Part shown: positions 63,752 to 64,000 of the stretch, piece after piece | How positions within the stretch are numbered: position 1 is the stretch's first letter | Layout of the letters: the number at the start of each line of letters is the position of its first letter | Assembly (NCBI GenBank): GCA_002269645.1 | Contig: NIVC01002444.1 | Coordinates: forward strand, 62,001 to 126,000 | Direction of reading: 5' to 3' | Length of the DNA stretch: 64,000 bases | Source of the DNA: Macrostomum lignano | Lineage: Eukaryota | Translations under genes and position numbers: made by a program | Notes under the pieces: model-generated | What the model saw: only the letters and a program-made list of their open reading frames with translations | The model's database searches: none | What the model was told of the DNA's origin: nothing

Positions 63752-64000
63752 ATGTGCAACACTCTGCTCCCACTGGCCTGCACTGCCTGTCTGGCATTCG
63801 TGCTTCTTGCGGGCCTCGGCTGCCTGGACAATCTCGCAGCTCCGGATAAGCCGGCCCTGCCAGCCACGCTCAACTGGGGTGCCTCGAGCGACTCAAGCAG
63901 CGACGGCGAAGCGGTGGAAGCCACAAGACTGTCTGTCAGCAATGCAACACTCGACGATTTAAGGTCGCGCTTGAAAGCGTTCAAGTTTGTGGAGCCGGTC
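63752..64000 (+). CDS. EPHX1: Second epoxide hydrolase 1-like copy, 5' part only (runs off the window end)
   Basis: ATG at 63752; sequence is the reverse complement of 62684..62932 (MCNTLLPLAC...FKFVEPV). Confidence 0.88.
   Translation, partial: MCNTLLPLACTACLAFVLLAGLGCLDNLAAPDKPALPATLNWGASSDSSSDGEAVEATRLSVSNATLDDLRSRLKAFKFVEPV

Noticed and set aside
62643-63984. Twin ORFs 62643..62966 (+) and 63718..63984 (-)
   Set aside because: Antisense shadows of the two EPHX1-like copies.

Overview
Eukaryotic (metazoan) genomic DNA, not prokaryotic: GC-rich spliced exons (GT-AG) sit in AT-rich sequence, and almost every intron or spacer carries its own tandem-repeat array. The style suggests a free-living flatworm such as Macrostomum (inference only). 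Most long ORFs in the supplied track are artefacts of stop-free minisatellites. Gene models reconstructed by hand from splice sites and phase: an SVOP-like MFS transporter (+); a mitoregulin-like microprotein ORF (+) that may be spliced to a downstream cullin-repeat-like exon; a 918-aa orphan single-pass membrane protein (-); a 73-aa hydrophobic microprotein (+); a co-oriented minus-strand run RPS26 - V-ATPase E - RPS5 - RPS5 - VMAC-like; and two head-to-head, near-identical epoxide hydrolase 1-like genes (second one truncated by the window end). Also present are a non-autonomous Helitron, three TIR elements with perfect target-site duplications and about 33 tandem arrays. Best leads: (1) the mitoregulin-like/cullin-repeat-like locus with a possible intronic polyadenylation switch; (2) tandem RPS5 copies that are identical only across the CDS and splice signals; (3) an inverted EPHX1 duplication with an altered active site. 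All homology calls come from recalled sequences, not from database searches.
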